DNA from: Sulfurimonadaceae bacterium
Lineage (GTDB): Bacteria > Campylobacterota > Campylobacteria > Campylobacterales > Sulfurimonadaceae
NCBI GenBank assembly: GCA_028683835.1
Contig: JAQUHB010000001.1
Coordinates: forward strand, 65,060 to 129,059
Direction: 5' to 3'
Length of the DNA: 64,000 nt
Both the position numbers and the translations under genes were made by a program. Under the pieces are notes generated by a model that saw only the letters and a list, made by a program, of their open reading frames with translations, searched no databases and was not told the DNA's origin. Every line of letters starts with the position of its first letter. Position 1 is the first letter of the stretch. Positions 53,637-62,931 of the stretch are shown here, one piece after another.

Positions 53637-55039
53637 CAGTCCAGATCTTTAAGTGAACTCATAAGTGCGCCGAGTTTATTGGTCACTTCAAGATATTCAA
53701 GCTCATTGACTGAATCTGCAACGATGCCAGCACCTGCTTGAAGGATCACTTTATCAGGCTTCACCATAGCAGTACGGATAGTAATTGCACTGTCCATATT
53801 ACCATCAAATCCAAAGTAACCTATGCTTCCACTGTAAAAACCGCGTTTGAGACCTTCATACTCAGCTATGAGTTCCATAGCACGTATTTTAGGAGCACCA
53901 GTCATAGTTCCGGCAGTAAAAGTTGCCATAAAGAGATCAAACATATCTTTGTCTTCATGAAGAGTTGCGACAACGTCGGAAACGATATGCATAACGTGGG
54001 AAAAACGCTCAATATGCATCATATCTTCAACCTCTACAGTGCCTGTATGCGCGACACGTCCAACATCGTTACGTCCAAGATCAATGAGCATCAGATGTTC
54101 TGAAAGCTCTTTTGGATCAGCTAGAAGTTCAGCTTCGAGTTCTTTGTCACGCTGTTTGGTCTCGCCGCGTTTTCGTGTTCCCGCTATGGGACGAAGAAGG
54201 ATCTCGCCATCAGTGAGACGAACCATAACTTCAGGTGAACTGCCCACGATATTGAAATCTTCATACTCCATTAAAAACATATATGGTGAAGGATTTTTTG
54301 CTCGAAGAACTCGATAAAAACTAAATGGGTCGACTTGAATATTTCTTGTAAAACGGTTTGTCATAAGGATTTGAAAAACGTCACCGCTTCTTATCATCTC
54401 TTTTGATTTTTCAACCATCTCAAAAAAATGCTCTTTTGAAAATGCGAAAGAACCTTCGTCATCACCAATGTTTTCTACCATCGGAACATATTTGTAGGAG
54501 TCTTTTAAACTCTCTTCAAGTGCTTCAAATCTCTCTTGCATCTCATCTAGAACAGAGATCAAAGAGATTTTATTATTTTTATGAGAGTAAGCGACAACGA
54601 GTTTTGGTAAGATAAGATCAAGATCAGGTGTGTGGAGTTCGTCATGAAGATGATTCATACTGTTTTTGAGTTTTGGTTCAAAGACTTTAACCATATCATA
54701 ACCGATATAGCCGATAAAACCATCAACATAGCCGACGTTGAGTTCTTTACATATAGACTTATAAAGTTGTGTATCGATATGTTTATAGTATTCTTTTAAA
54801 AAAGAAAAAGGGGAGATATCACTTACCTCTTTTTCCCCTCTTGCATTTGTATAGATAGTAGCACCATCTTTGTACTGAACTCTTTCTCTATCACCTATCA
54901 TGATAAAGCTGTAGTTACCATCGCTCTGCCCAGCACTTTCAAACAAATAGCTGATCTCATCTTTAAAAATCTCTTTAAGCTTATGATAGACAGCAATCGG
55001 TGCGAACTGATCAAGTGTAAACTGTGTATGATGAATCAA
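53636..55039 (-). CDS. trpE: anthranilate synthase component I
   Basis: It has the chorismate-binding fold with TrpE-type motifs (LFES, NPSPYMFLM, PIAGTRKRG, GAPKIRAMELI, GGAIGY-like SIGYFG). Its stop overlaps the aroE start (ATGA). No amidotransferase partner is adjacent. Confidence 0.8.
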   Translation of the reverse strand: MIHHTQFTLDQFAPIAVYHKLKEIFKDEISYLFESAGQSDGNYSFIMIGDRERVQYKDGATIYTNARGEKEVSDISPFSFLKEYYKHIDTQLYKSICKELNVGYVDGFIGYIGYDMVKVFEPKLKNSMNHLHDELHTPDLDLILPKLVVAYSHKNNKISLISVLDEMQERFEALEESLKDSYKYVPMVENIGDDEGSFAFSKEHFFEMVEKSKEMIRSGDVFQILMTNRFTRNIQVDPFSFYRVLRAKNPSPYMFLMEYEDFNIVGSSPEVMVRLTDGEILLRPIAGTRKRGETKQRDKELEAELLADPKELSEHLMLIDLGRNDVGRVAHTGTVEVEDMMHIERFSHVMHIVSDVVATLHEDKDMFDLFMATFTAGTMTGAPKIRAMELIAEYEGLKRGFYSGSIGYFGFDGNMDSAITIRTAMVKPDKVILQAGAGIVADSVNELEYLEVTNKLGALMSSLKDLD

Positions 55040-55057
55040 GACAAACCCTTCGATATA

Positions 55058-55984
55058 CTATTTTTTTGTTACAAAAGCGCCAGGCACGACATCTTTACGA
55101 AGAGCTTTCAATGCTTCTCTTGCATCAGTCTCATTTTTAAATGGTCCAACGATAACTTTACTTGTTTCACCTGTTTTCACAGATTCATAAGCATATCCCA
55201 GTTTCTTAATAGATCCAAAAAGCTTGTCACTTGGAGTGATTTTTGTAAAAGATCCAACTTGAACATAGTAAGTTCCAGTTGTTGATGTTTTGCTTGCGGC
55301 TTTAGGTTCTTTAGTAGCAGAGGTTTCTTTTTTAGGGGCATCAATTTTTGTAAACAAAGATTCTTTTTTCACAGGAGCCTCTTTTTGCTCGGAAGCCTCT
55401 TTTTTCGTGATAATCTCTTTTTTTACTACTGGTTCTTTTTTAGCAACAGGTTCACTTTTTGCTACATCTCTTTGTCTTATAACATGGACATTCTCTTTGA
55501 CAACAGGAGAAGACACTTTTTCTTTAACAATTGGTGCTGCTACTTTTTCTTTAACAGGTGCAACAACTTTTTCTTTAACGGGTGCAACAACTTTTTCAGT
55601 TGCTACAGCAGGTGTTGGCGCCGCGGGAGTCACATCTTTTGATAAGCTTTCTTGTTTGAGTTTTTGAGCTATCTTGTCAAGATCATCATCACCTTTTTTA
55701 TTTTCTTGTACTATTTCTACCGGTTTAAAAAGTGGAGCATTCCCTTGTTGATCATTGTTAGCCTGTGGAACTGGTGGTTCAGGAGGAAGATTTGTTTTTG
55801 GGGCTTGTTGTGCTTGAGGAAGATTATCTGTACTGCTTGAGACAGAAGTTTTCATAATCATCACAACGACAATGAGGATAACAGCAAGTACTCCAACAGC
55901 GAGTGCAATCTTTTTGCTCGAACCCATAGAATCGCTACCTCTATTTAAGATAATGTCATTTAATTCGTTTCTTTCTTCCATCAT
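55058..55984 (-). CDS. SPOR-domain cell-division protein with TM anchor and repeat-rich linker
   Basis: It has a TM helix (IALAVGVLAVILIVVVMIM), a P/K/E/V-rich repeated linker and a C-terminal SPOR domain (YYVQVGSF...VIVGPFKNETDAREALKAL). I chose the start at 55984 (MMEERNE). Confidence 0.8.
   Translation of the reverse strand: MMEERNELNDIILNRGSDSMGSSKKIALAVGVLAVILIVVVMIMKTSVSSSTDNLPQAQQAPKTNLPPEPPVPQANNDQQGNAPLFKPVEIVQENKKGDDDLDKIAQKLKQESLSKDVTPAAPTPAVATEKVVAPVKEKVVAPVKEKVAAPIVKEKVSSPVVKENVHVIRQRDVAKSEPVAKKEPVVKKEIITKKEASEQKEAPVKKESLFTKIDAPKKETSATKEPKAASKTSTTGTYYVQVGSFTKITPSDKLFGSIKKLGYAYESVKTGETSKVIVGPFKNETDAREALKALRKDVVPGAFVTKK
55533..55597. repeat. in-frame 24-bp tandem repeat (about 2.7 units) inside the SPOR protein gene
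   Basis: The units are GGTGCTGCTACTTTTTCTTTAACA / GGTGCAACAACTTTTTCTTTAACG / GGTGCAACAACTTTTTC. They encode VKEKV(V/A)AP repeats on the minus strand. Confidence 0.8.
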
Positions 55985-55997
55985 AAATCCTTTAATG

Positions 55998-56540
55998 TCA
56001 CATATGTTTCGACCATGAAGCACCACGCTCTTTAGCGTAGAGATCATATGGCAAAGCTAAAATATTATACTCACTTGGCAATTCATCAGTTGGAAACATT
56101 TTCCACTGTTTTGGCTGTTTTGCTGCTAATTTCATAGAGATCATTTTACCAAGCTGAATAGCTTCTTGTAAAGTGGTATGTCCCTTGTGTATGTACACAT
56201 GAAGATGACCATCTGTTTTTGAAGTAAAAGCGGTAAAATTGATATATCCCTCTTCACGTAAAAGAAGTTGCGTTTTGTGGTAAAACCTTTCAGGGTCGCG
56301 ACCATTGTAATCGATTACTATATTTTCAACAATACCTTTGGCGTCAACAAGTGAATGAGCTACAGTTATTTCACCTTTGAGATGCTGATTGATTACAGAT
56401 TGTGTTAGGGTTTTATCTATTTTTTCAAACTTGTTAAAAAAAGTCCTGCCCTTAAAACTTATTTTATCTACGACACTATCACTCTTTTGCCAGTAGTGGG
56501 TTGTGACCATTTTTATAAGTTTTAAGTCCATAGCAGTCAT
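55998..56540 (-). CDS. conserved hypothetical protein (Campylobacterota-type, between glyA and the SPOR gene)
   Basis: It is 180 aa with a GAGGA Shine-Dalgarno 8 nt upstream. Its position is syntenic with a hypothetical gene downstream of glyA in C. jejuni. Confidence 0.6.
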   Translation of the reverse strand: MTAMDLKLIKMVTTHYWQKSDSVVDKISFKGRTFFNKFEKIDKTLTQSVINQHLKGEITVAHSLVDAKGIVENIVIDYNGRDPERFYHKTQLLLREEGYINFTAFTSKTDGHLHVYIHKGHTTLQEAIQLGKMISMKLAAKQPKQWKMFPTDELPSEYNILALPYDLYAKERGASWSKHM

Positions 56541-56566
56541 ATTGTATCCTCAAGTTTTTTTATTAA

Positions 56567-57814
56567 TTAATACGTTGATTGGTTATAGATCACAAAGTTT
56601 TGAGCCAATGCTTTTAGCTCTGCTTTAATCTCTGCATGACGTACCTCATTATTGATATCATCAAGAACATCAGCGATGCGGCTTGCAATGAGTTCAAATT
56701 CAGCATCTTTCATACCACGTGAGGTAAGTGCAGCACTTCCTATACGGATGCCTGAAGTGACAAACGGACTTCTTGTTTCGCCAGGAACAGTATTTTTGTT
56801 TACTGTGATACCAGCACGACCAAGAGCTGCATCAGCATCTTTACCGCTGAATTCTTTGTTGATAAAGCTAACTAGAACTAAGTGATTATCAGTTCCACCG
56901 CTTACTACGTCGTATCCTCGTTTCATCAAAACGTCAGCTAGGATAGCCGCATTTTTCTTAACTTGAATAGCATATTCTTTCCAAGCAGGTGAAAGGTTGT
57001 ACTTAAATCCAACTGCTTTTGCCGCAATTACATGGACAAGTGGTCCACCTTGAAGAGCAGGGAAAATAGCAGAATTCATTTTTTTAGCGATCTCTTCATC
57101 ATTTGTCATGATCATACCGCCGCGTGGGCCGGCAAGAGTCTTATGTGTCGTTGTTGTGACAACATCGGCATAAGGAAATGGACTTGGATGCTCACCTGCA
57201 GCAATCAAACCAGCAATATGCGCAATATCAGAAAAAAGGATTGCCCCAACAGCATCAGCGATCTCACGGAATTTTTTGAAATCGATCTCACGAGCATAAG
57301 CAGAAGCACCACAAACGATGATCTTTGGCTGTGTGATCTTTGCAATATCCATCACTCTTTCATAGTTGATACGGCCATCAAGTTCTACACCATAAGTAAA
57401 TGAGTGGTAGTTTTTACCAGAAAAACTTGGTTTACTTCCATGAGTCAAGTGACCACCATGGCTTAAATCCATACCTAAAAGTTTATCTCCGGCTTGTAAA
57501 AGTGCTGCGTAAACTGCTCCGTTTGCCTGACTTCCAGAGTGAGGCTGAACATTTGCAAATTTACATCCAAAAAGCTCACATGCTCTGTCGATTGCTAATT
57601 GCTCAACACCATCAGCATACTCACATCCGCCATAATAACGTTTACCAGGGTATCCTTCAGCATATTTGTTTGTAAAAACACTTCCCATCGCTTCCATAAC
57701 AGCAGGAAGAGTGAAGTTTTCACTTGCAATCATCTCTAAATGGTCAGTCTGACGCTCTAACTCTTTTTCACACAATTCATAGATATCATTATCGAAATCT
57801 TTTAAAAAACTCAT
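56567..57814 (-). CDS. glyA: serine hydroxymethyltransferase
   Basis: It is 415 aa with the PLP-Lys motif ([14 protein letters not shown]). Confidence 0.97.
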   Translation of the reverse strand: MSFLKDFDNDIYELCEKELERQTDHLEMIASENFTLPAVMEAMGSVFTNKYAEGYPGKRYYGGCEYADGVEQLAIDRACELFGCKFANVQPHSGSQANGAVYAALLQAGDKLLGMDLSHGGHLTHGSKPSFSGKNYHSFTYGVELDGRINYERVMDIAKITQPKIIVCGASAYAREIDFKKFREIADAVGAILFSDIAHIAGLIAAGEHPSPFPYADVVTTTTHKTLAGPRGGMIMTNDEEIAKKMNSAIFPALQGGPLVHVIAAKAVGFKYNLSPAWKEYAIQVKKNAAILADVLMKRGYDVVSGGTDNHLVLVSFINKEFSGKDADAALGRAGITVNKNTVPGETRSPFVTSGIRIGSAALTSRGMKDAEFELIASRIADVLDDINNEVRHAEIKAELKALAQNFVIYNQSTY

Positions 57815-57838
57815 TTTTTTTCCTTTTTTTGATTTAAA

Positions 57839-59359
57839 TTATTTTTCTTCTTCGTGGTTCTCTTTTACTTCGCCATGAATAGGTTTCATAGCAGGAAAAA
57901 GAAGTACATCGCGGATAGAATGCTCATTTGTAAGTAACATTACAAGTCTGTCCATCCCTATCCCTTGACCGGCTGTTGGAGCCATTCCATAGCTTAGTGC
58001 ATTGACAAAATCTACATCCATCTCATGCGCTTCATCATCGCCTGCATCTTTTGCACTCATTTGCCCTTCAAAACGTGAAAGCTGATCTACGGGATCATTT
58101 AACTCACTAAACGCATTTGCAATTTCTCGCCCAGCGATAAAGAGTTCAAATCTTTCTGTGATCTCGGGATGCTCATCATTTCTACGAGCAAGAGGAGAGA
58201 TATCAACTGGATAGTCAGTGATGAAAGTAGGGTTGATAAGTTTTTCTTCAACAAACTCGTCAAAAAGTACACCTTGAAGCTGTCCTAGACTCATGGCAGG
58301 TTTTGCTTCAAGTTTATTGGCTCTTAAAAATTCTAGTATTTTTTCTTTATCATTGACGATATCTTGAGGAACTCCGCCGATTTCAAAAAGAGAGGTGATA
58401 AGCGGAATCTCTTTAAAATCTGCAAAATCTACTTCCATTTGACCATAAGGTAAAAGAGTAGGGAGATTGAGATGATCGAAAAGATATTTGAAATATTCTT
58501 TTGTTATTTCGATTAGATCTTTGTATGTTTTATAAGCCCAGTAAAACTCTATAGAAGTAAACTCAGGATTATGTGTTGCATCCATTCCCTCATTTCTAAA
58601 GTTACGGTTGATCTCAAACACTGCTTCAAATCCACCGACGATGAGGCGTTTGAGGTAAAGTTCAGGAGCGATTCTTAAATATCTGTCAATTCCTAGAGCA
58701 TTATGATGTGTCACAAACGGTTTTGCATTTGCACCACCGGCAATTGGATGCATCATAGGTGTTTCAACTTCCAAAAACCCTTTGTCCTCAAAAAATCTTC
58801 TTGTCAAAGAGATAATTTTTGAGCGTGTTTGGAATGTTTTTCTTACTTCAGAATCCATAATAAGATCAAGATAGCGCTGACGGTATCTGATCTCTTTGTC
58901 TGTTACACCGTGGAACTTTTCCGGAAGCGGCGAGATTGCTTTTGTTAAAAGTTTAAGTGTGTCCACATGTAAAGAAAGTTCTCCTTGATTTGTCACAAAA
59001 GGATAGCCGCTTACTTCTATGATATCTCCGACTTCAATCAGTTTTTTAAATACATCGTTATAAAAACCCTCTGGAAGATTATCACGAGAGACGTAAACTT
59101 GAAGCATTCCACTTTCATCTTCTATTTTTAAAAAACTTGCTTTTCCCATAACGCGAAAAAATTTGATACGTCCTGAAAGTGTATAGTTTCTTTTCTCATC
59201 ACGTTTGTTTTCAAGATGTTCCACATCCGAGTTGACATTTATATACTTTGATATAGTTGTATTTCTTTGTGAATGGTTTGAATATGGATTGTACCCAAGC
59301 TCTTTGAGCTGATTGGCTTTTTCTATACGTAATTGAATATATTTGTTACTAAATGGCAA
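57839..59359 (-). CDS. lysS: lysine--tRNA ligase (class II)
   Basis: It is 506 aa with an OB-fold N-terminus and class II motifs ([27 protein letters not shown]). Confidence 0.96.
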   Translation of the reverse strand: MPFSNKYIQLRIEKANQLKELGYNPYSNHSQRNTTISKYINVNSDVEHLENKRDEKRNYTLSGRIKFFRVMGKASFLKIEDESGMLQVYVSRDNLPEGFYNDVFKKLIEVGDIIEVSGYPFVTNQGELSLHVDTLKLLTKAISPLPEKFHGVTDKEIRYRQRYLDLIMDSEVRKTFQTRSKIISLTRRFFEDKGFLEVETPMMHPIAGGANAKPFVTHHNALGIDRYLRIAPELYLKRLIVGGFEAVFEINRNFRNEGMDATHNPEFTSIEFYWAYKTYKDLIEITKEYFKYLFDHLNLPTLLPYGQMEVDFADFKEIPLITSLFEIGGVPQDIVNDKEKILEFLRANKLEAKPAMSLGQLQGVLFDEFVEEKLINPTFITDYPVDISPLARRNDEHPEITERFELFIAGREIANAFSELNDPVDQLSRFEGQMSAKDAGDDEAHEMDVDFVNALSYGMAPTAGQGIGMDRLVMLLTNEHSIRDVLLFPAMKPIHGEVKENHEEEK

Positions 59360-59380
59360 TGAGTTTTCCTTATAAATTTA

Positions 59381-59848
59381 TTATTGGCAATTTTTGCAGA
59401 TACCGTAGATCTGCATCGAATGGTCTGTCATTTTAAAACCGAGACTCTGTGTTATGATCTGTTGTCTTTTTTCTATCTCTTCATCTACAAACTCTGCAAT
59501 CAAACCACATTTTGTACAGATCATATGGTCATGATGTTCTTTAGCACCAAGTTCATATTTTTTTCCCTGTGCTCCAAAAGATAATGATGTGACGATATCT
59601 GACTCTTCTAAAAGAGTAAGAGTACGATAGATCGTTGCGATTCCTGTATTGAGCTGAGGGTGCTTTTCCTGAATCAGATTATAAAGAGATTCCGGAGAAA
59701 GATGCTCATCAGAGTTATATAATGTTTCTAAAATAACTTCACGCTGTATCGTAAATTTGAGATTATTTTTTTTAAGCAGATTTTTAAAATCATTGAGCAA
59801 TTTGTTGTACGCTATTGTTCTTTCTGTAAAATCTGTCGCTGTACTCAT
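59381..59848 (-). CDS. fur: ferric uptake regulator
   Basis: Fur-family motifs are present (GIATIYRTLTLLEE, HHDHMICTKCG, C-terminal CKNC). The cvpA-fur-lysS-glyA gene order matches C. jejuni. Confidence 0.85.
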   Translation of the reverse strand: MSTATDFTERTIAYNKLLNDFKNLLKKNNLKFTIQREVILETLYNSDEHLSPESLYNLIQEKHPQLNTGIATIYRTLTLLEESDIVTSLSFGAQGKKYELGAKEHHDHMICTKCGLIAEFVDEEIEKRQQIITQSLGFKMTDHSMQIYGICKNCQ

Positions 59849-59849
59849 A

Positions 59850-60458
59850 TTAATGCACTTTCTTTTTTATTTCTTCTGAGATAGTTGTTTCTACTTTCTC
59901 TTTTATACTCGTTTGTACTTTCTTTTCCACTTGCTCTTGTTTTGTCTCAACTGTTGCATTGATATCTTTTTGTATATCTCCTGTATCTATTTTCATAATG
60001 TATCCACCGGTTGTCACTAAAACAGGGAAAAGAATACTTTTATCCATAGTGGCTTGCATATTTGTTCTTACAATTTTGATATTAAAAAAAGCATATGCTA
60101 CGACAGACACAATTAAAAAGAATTTTCCTGCTCCAACTATAAAACCCATAATCTTATCTAAAGGTCCAAGTCCGCTGATATTGCTTAATTGTTTAAATGC
60201 AATACCTATGGAAACCATCATAAGCCAAAATAATCCAAGGGTAAGGACAAATCCGGTAAAAGTAAGCGCAGCTTTATTTTGAAAATGAAAGATTGCATCG
60301 CTAAGAAACGTTCCAACGGGTGTTCCAAATCTTGATGCAATAAAAACACCACCAACAATTCCTATAAGACCAAATAATTCTCTAAAAAACCCGTTAAGAA
60401 TACCTTTTAAACCAAGGAGAAGTATTATGACTCCGATTACAATATCAAAATAACTCAT
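59850..60458 (-). CDS. cvpA: CvpA-family membrane protein
   Basis: It has 4 TM helices and starts MSYFDIVIGVIILLLGLKGILNGFFRE. It sits upstream of fur. Confidence 0.85.
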   Translation of the reverse strand: MSYFDIVIGVIILLLGLKGILNGFFRELFGLIGIVGGVFIASRFGTPVGTFLSDAIFHFQNKAALTFTGFVLTLGLFWLMMVSIGIAFKQLSNISGLGPLDKIMGFIVGAGKFFLIVSVVAYAFFNIKIVRTNMQATMDKSILFPVLVTTGGYIMKIDTGDIQKDINATVETKQEQVEKKVQTSIKEKVETTISEEIKKKVH

Positions 60459-60466
60459 ATATCCAT

Positions 60467-61393
60467 TTACTCACAATCCATTTCAATTCTGTTTTTACCA
60501 TTTTTTTTAGCTTCATAAAGAGCTTTATCCGCTCTTGCTATGAAGCTATCTGGTGTGTCATTGCTCTTTAGTGATGTTATCCCAAGACTGACGGTAAGGT
60601 TTACATTGATCTCTTTGTAGATAAGCTTATTTATATCTACTATGGAAACAATTCTTTGGGCAACCTTCAAACATTCAGATCTTTGAATTCTATTTAAAAC
60701 TACAACAAATTCTTCACCGCCATACCTGTATATTTTATCGTTATCTCTAAGTGTTTTTCGGAGAATATTTGCGAGAAATATTAAAACTTTATCCCCAACA
60801 ATATGGCCATAAGTATCATTAATTATTTTAAAATCATCGATATCTATCATGTAAAGGTGAATATCCTTTGCATAACTTTTGTTGTCACATAATATTTCCA
60901 AATGTTGAGAGAGCATTCCACGATTGTAAACTTTTGTTAGGTGATCAATCTGAGTTGATTTTTCAAGTTTTTCAATTTTTTCGGTTAAATCTGAAATAAC
61001 CCTATTTGCTTTACTAACTTCATCTAGCATATGCGTTTGGATACCATGAAATTTGTTTTTTATCTGATCTACATTGATTGTTTGATTTTTAAAATCATTG
61101 ATAGTCTTTTCTTGAGTAGTAACCAGCTCTTTAAAACGTTTGTTTGTATGACTGTAATGATTTACACTCTCTTTTGCTATATCTTTAAACTCATCATTGA
61201 GAGATGATTTGAGACTTTCAAGAGCATCAGGCAGTTCAAAATCTAGTTTCGAAATAGTAGCTATAGCAGAGTGTAGGAAGTCTAAAAGCGTATCTTTTGA
61301 TATAAGATTATCTTGCCCATCAACTTTTGCTACGATATCAATATATATCTCTTCTAATATTTTTTTTGCATTAGACTTATTCATTGATTTCAA
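60467..61393 (-). CDS. diguanylate cyclase (coiled-coil N-terminus + GGDEF)
   Basis: It has a GGDEF domain (RYGGEEFVVVL, KNGKNRI). Confidence 0.85.
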   Translation of the reverse strand: MKSMNKSNAKKILEEIYIDIVAKVDGQDNLISKDTLLDFLHSAIATISKLDFELPDALESLKSSLNDEFKDIAKESVNHYSHTNKRFKELVTTQEKTINDFKNQTINVDQIKNKFHGIQTHMLDEVSKANRVISDLTEKIEKLEKSTQIDHLTKVYNRGMLSQHLEILCDNKSYAKDIHLYMIDIDDFKIINDTYGHIVGDKVLIFLANILRKTLRDNDKIYRYGGEEFVVVLNRIQRSECLKVAQRIVSIVDINKLIYKEINVNLTVSLGITSLKSNDTPDSFIARADKALYEAKKNGKNRIEMDCE

Positions 61394-61558
61394 CTTTCAA
61401 TCATTTAAATTGGCGTCATTATACATTTTTAAGTATAAAAAATATCTTTTGATACTGCATATTATTTCTGCAGAAGTTTAAATCAGAGCTAATTTAGGAA
61501 CTTTTTAGTAAAATCACATAATTTATTATAAAAATCAATGATTAATGGGGTCTAAAAG

Positions 61559-62908
61559 ATGAGTAACTGGAACCGATCAAGCTGGAGAGAAAAACCAATT
61601 TTACAGCAGCCTACATATCCAAATCAAGAGGAGTTGAAAAATGTCCTTGAAGAATTAAAAAACTATCCTCCTCTTGTTTTTGCAGGGGAAGCACGTTCAT
61701 TAAAAGAACAATTGGCAGAAGTTGCAAATGGTCGCGCTTTCTTACTCCAAGGTGGAGATTGTGCTGAGAGTTTTTCAGAGTTTCATGCACAAAACATCAG
61801 AGATACTTTTAAAGTTTTACTTCAAATGTCTGTTGTTATGACTTATGCTGGCGGACTTCCCGTAGTGAAAGTTGGTCGTTTAGGCGGTCAGTTTGCAAAA
61901 CCACGTTCAAGTGATTTTGAAACGATTGATGGTGTTACTCTTGATTCTTACCGAGGTGATATCATTAACGGTGTAGATTTTACGGCAGAAGCTCGTATTC
62001 CAGATCCTAAGAGAATGATCAAAGCATATAACCAATCAGCTGCAACATTAAACCTTTTACGTGCATTTGCATCTGGCGGTTTAGCGGACTTGCATCAGAT
62101 CCATAAATGGACTTTAGATTTCGCACAAAAGGGTGAGATCAGCCAAAAATTTGAAGATATGGCTGAAGATATCGGAAAATCTTTGAAATTTATGGAAGCA
62201 TGCGGAATTAACTCTAAAACATACAGAACTTTAAGAGAAACAGATTTTTTTACTTCACATGAAGCGCTTTTACTCCCATATGAAGAAGCGTTTACAAGAC
62301 AAGATTCTTTGACGGGCGAGTGGTATGATACATCTGCTCATATGCTTTGGATAGGTGATAGAACGCGTCAATTAGACGGCGCGCACGTAGAATATATGAG
62401 AGGAATCAAAAATCCTGTTGGCGTTAAAGCCGGTCCATCAATGGATCCGGATGATCTTGTGAGATTAGCTCAGGCACTAAATCCTGAAAATGAAGCTGGA
62501 CGTTTGAATATTATCGTGAGAATGGGTGCAGATAAAGTGGGCGATGGTATGCCTAAGCTAATCCGTGCGGTTGAGAAAGAGGGTCTTAAGGTTGTATGGA
62601 GCTGTGATCCGATGCACGGTAATACTATAAAATCATCAAATAACTTTAAAACTCGTCCTGTTGATTCTGTTCTTACAGAGATGAAACAGTTTTTTCAAGT
62701 TCATAAAGCTGAGGGAACATATGCTGGTGGTGTTCACTTGGAAATGACAGGAAAGAATGTTACTGAGTGTATCGGTGGTTCATTTGTAGTGACTGAAGAA
62801 GATTTAAGCTCTCGCTACCATACACATTGTGATCCACGTTTAAATGCTGATCAAGCACTTGAACTTGCATTTTTAATAGCAGATACGTTAAAAGACGCAC
62901 AAAAATAA
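61559..62908 (+). CDS. class II (plant-type) 3-deoxy-7-phosphoheptulonate synthase
   Basis: It is 449 aa with DAHPS class II motifs ([33 protein letters not shown]). Confidence 0.92.
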   Translation: MSNWNRSSWREKPILQQPTYPNQEELKNVLEELKNYPPLVFAGEARSLKEQLAEVANGRAFLLQGGDCAESFSEFHAQNIRDTFKVLLQMSVVMTYAGGLPVVKVGRLGGQFAKPRSSDFETIDGVTLDSYRGDIINGVDFTAEARIPDPKRMIKAYNQSAATLNLLRAFASGGLADLHQIHKWTLDFAQKGEISQKFEDMAEDIGKSLKFMEACGINSKTYRTLRETDFFTSHEALLLPYEEAFTRQDSLTGEWYDTSAHMLWIGDRTRQLDGAHVEYMRGIKNPVGVKAGPSMDPDDLVRLAQALNPENEAGRLNIIVRMGADKVGDGMPKLIRAVEKEGLKVVWSCDPMHGNTIKSSNNFKTRPVDSVLTEMKQFFQVHKAEGTYAGGVHLEMTGKNVTECIGGSFVVTEEDLSSRYHTHCDPRLNADQALELAFLIADTLKDAQK

Positions 62909-62931
62909 AAAGAGTCAAAAGACTCTTTTTT
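62909..62931. terminator. bidirectional rho-independent terminator
   Basis: AAAGAGTC-AAAA-GACTCTTT forms a perfect 8-bp stem flanked by A and T runs. It lies between the convergent DAHP synthase and pilT stops. Confidence 0.7.
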
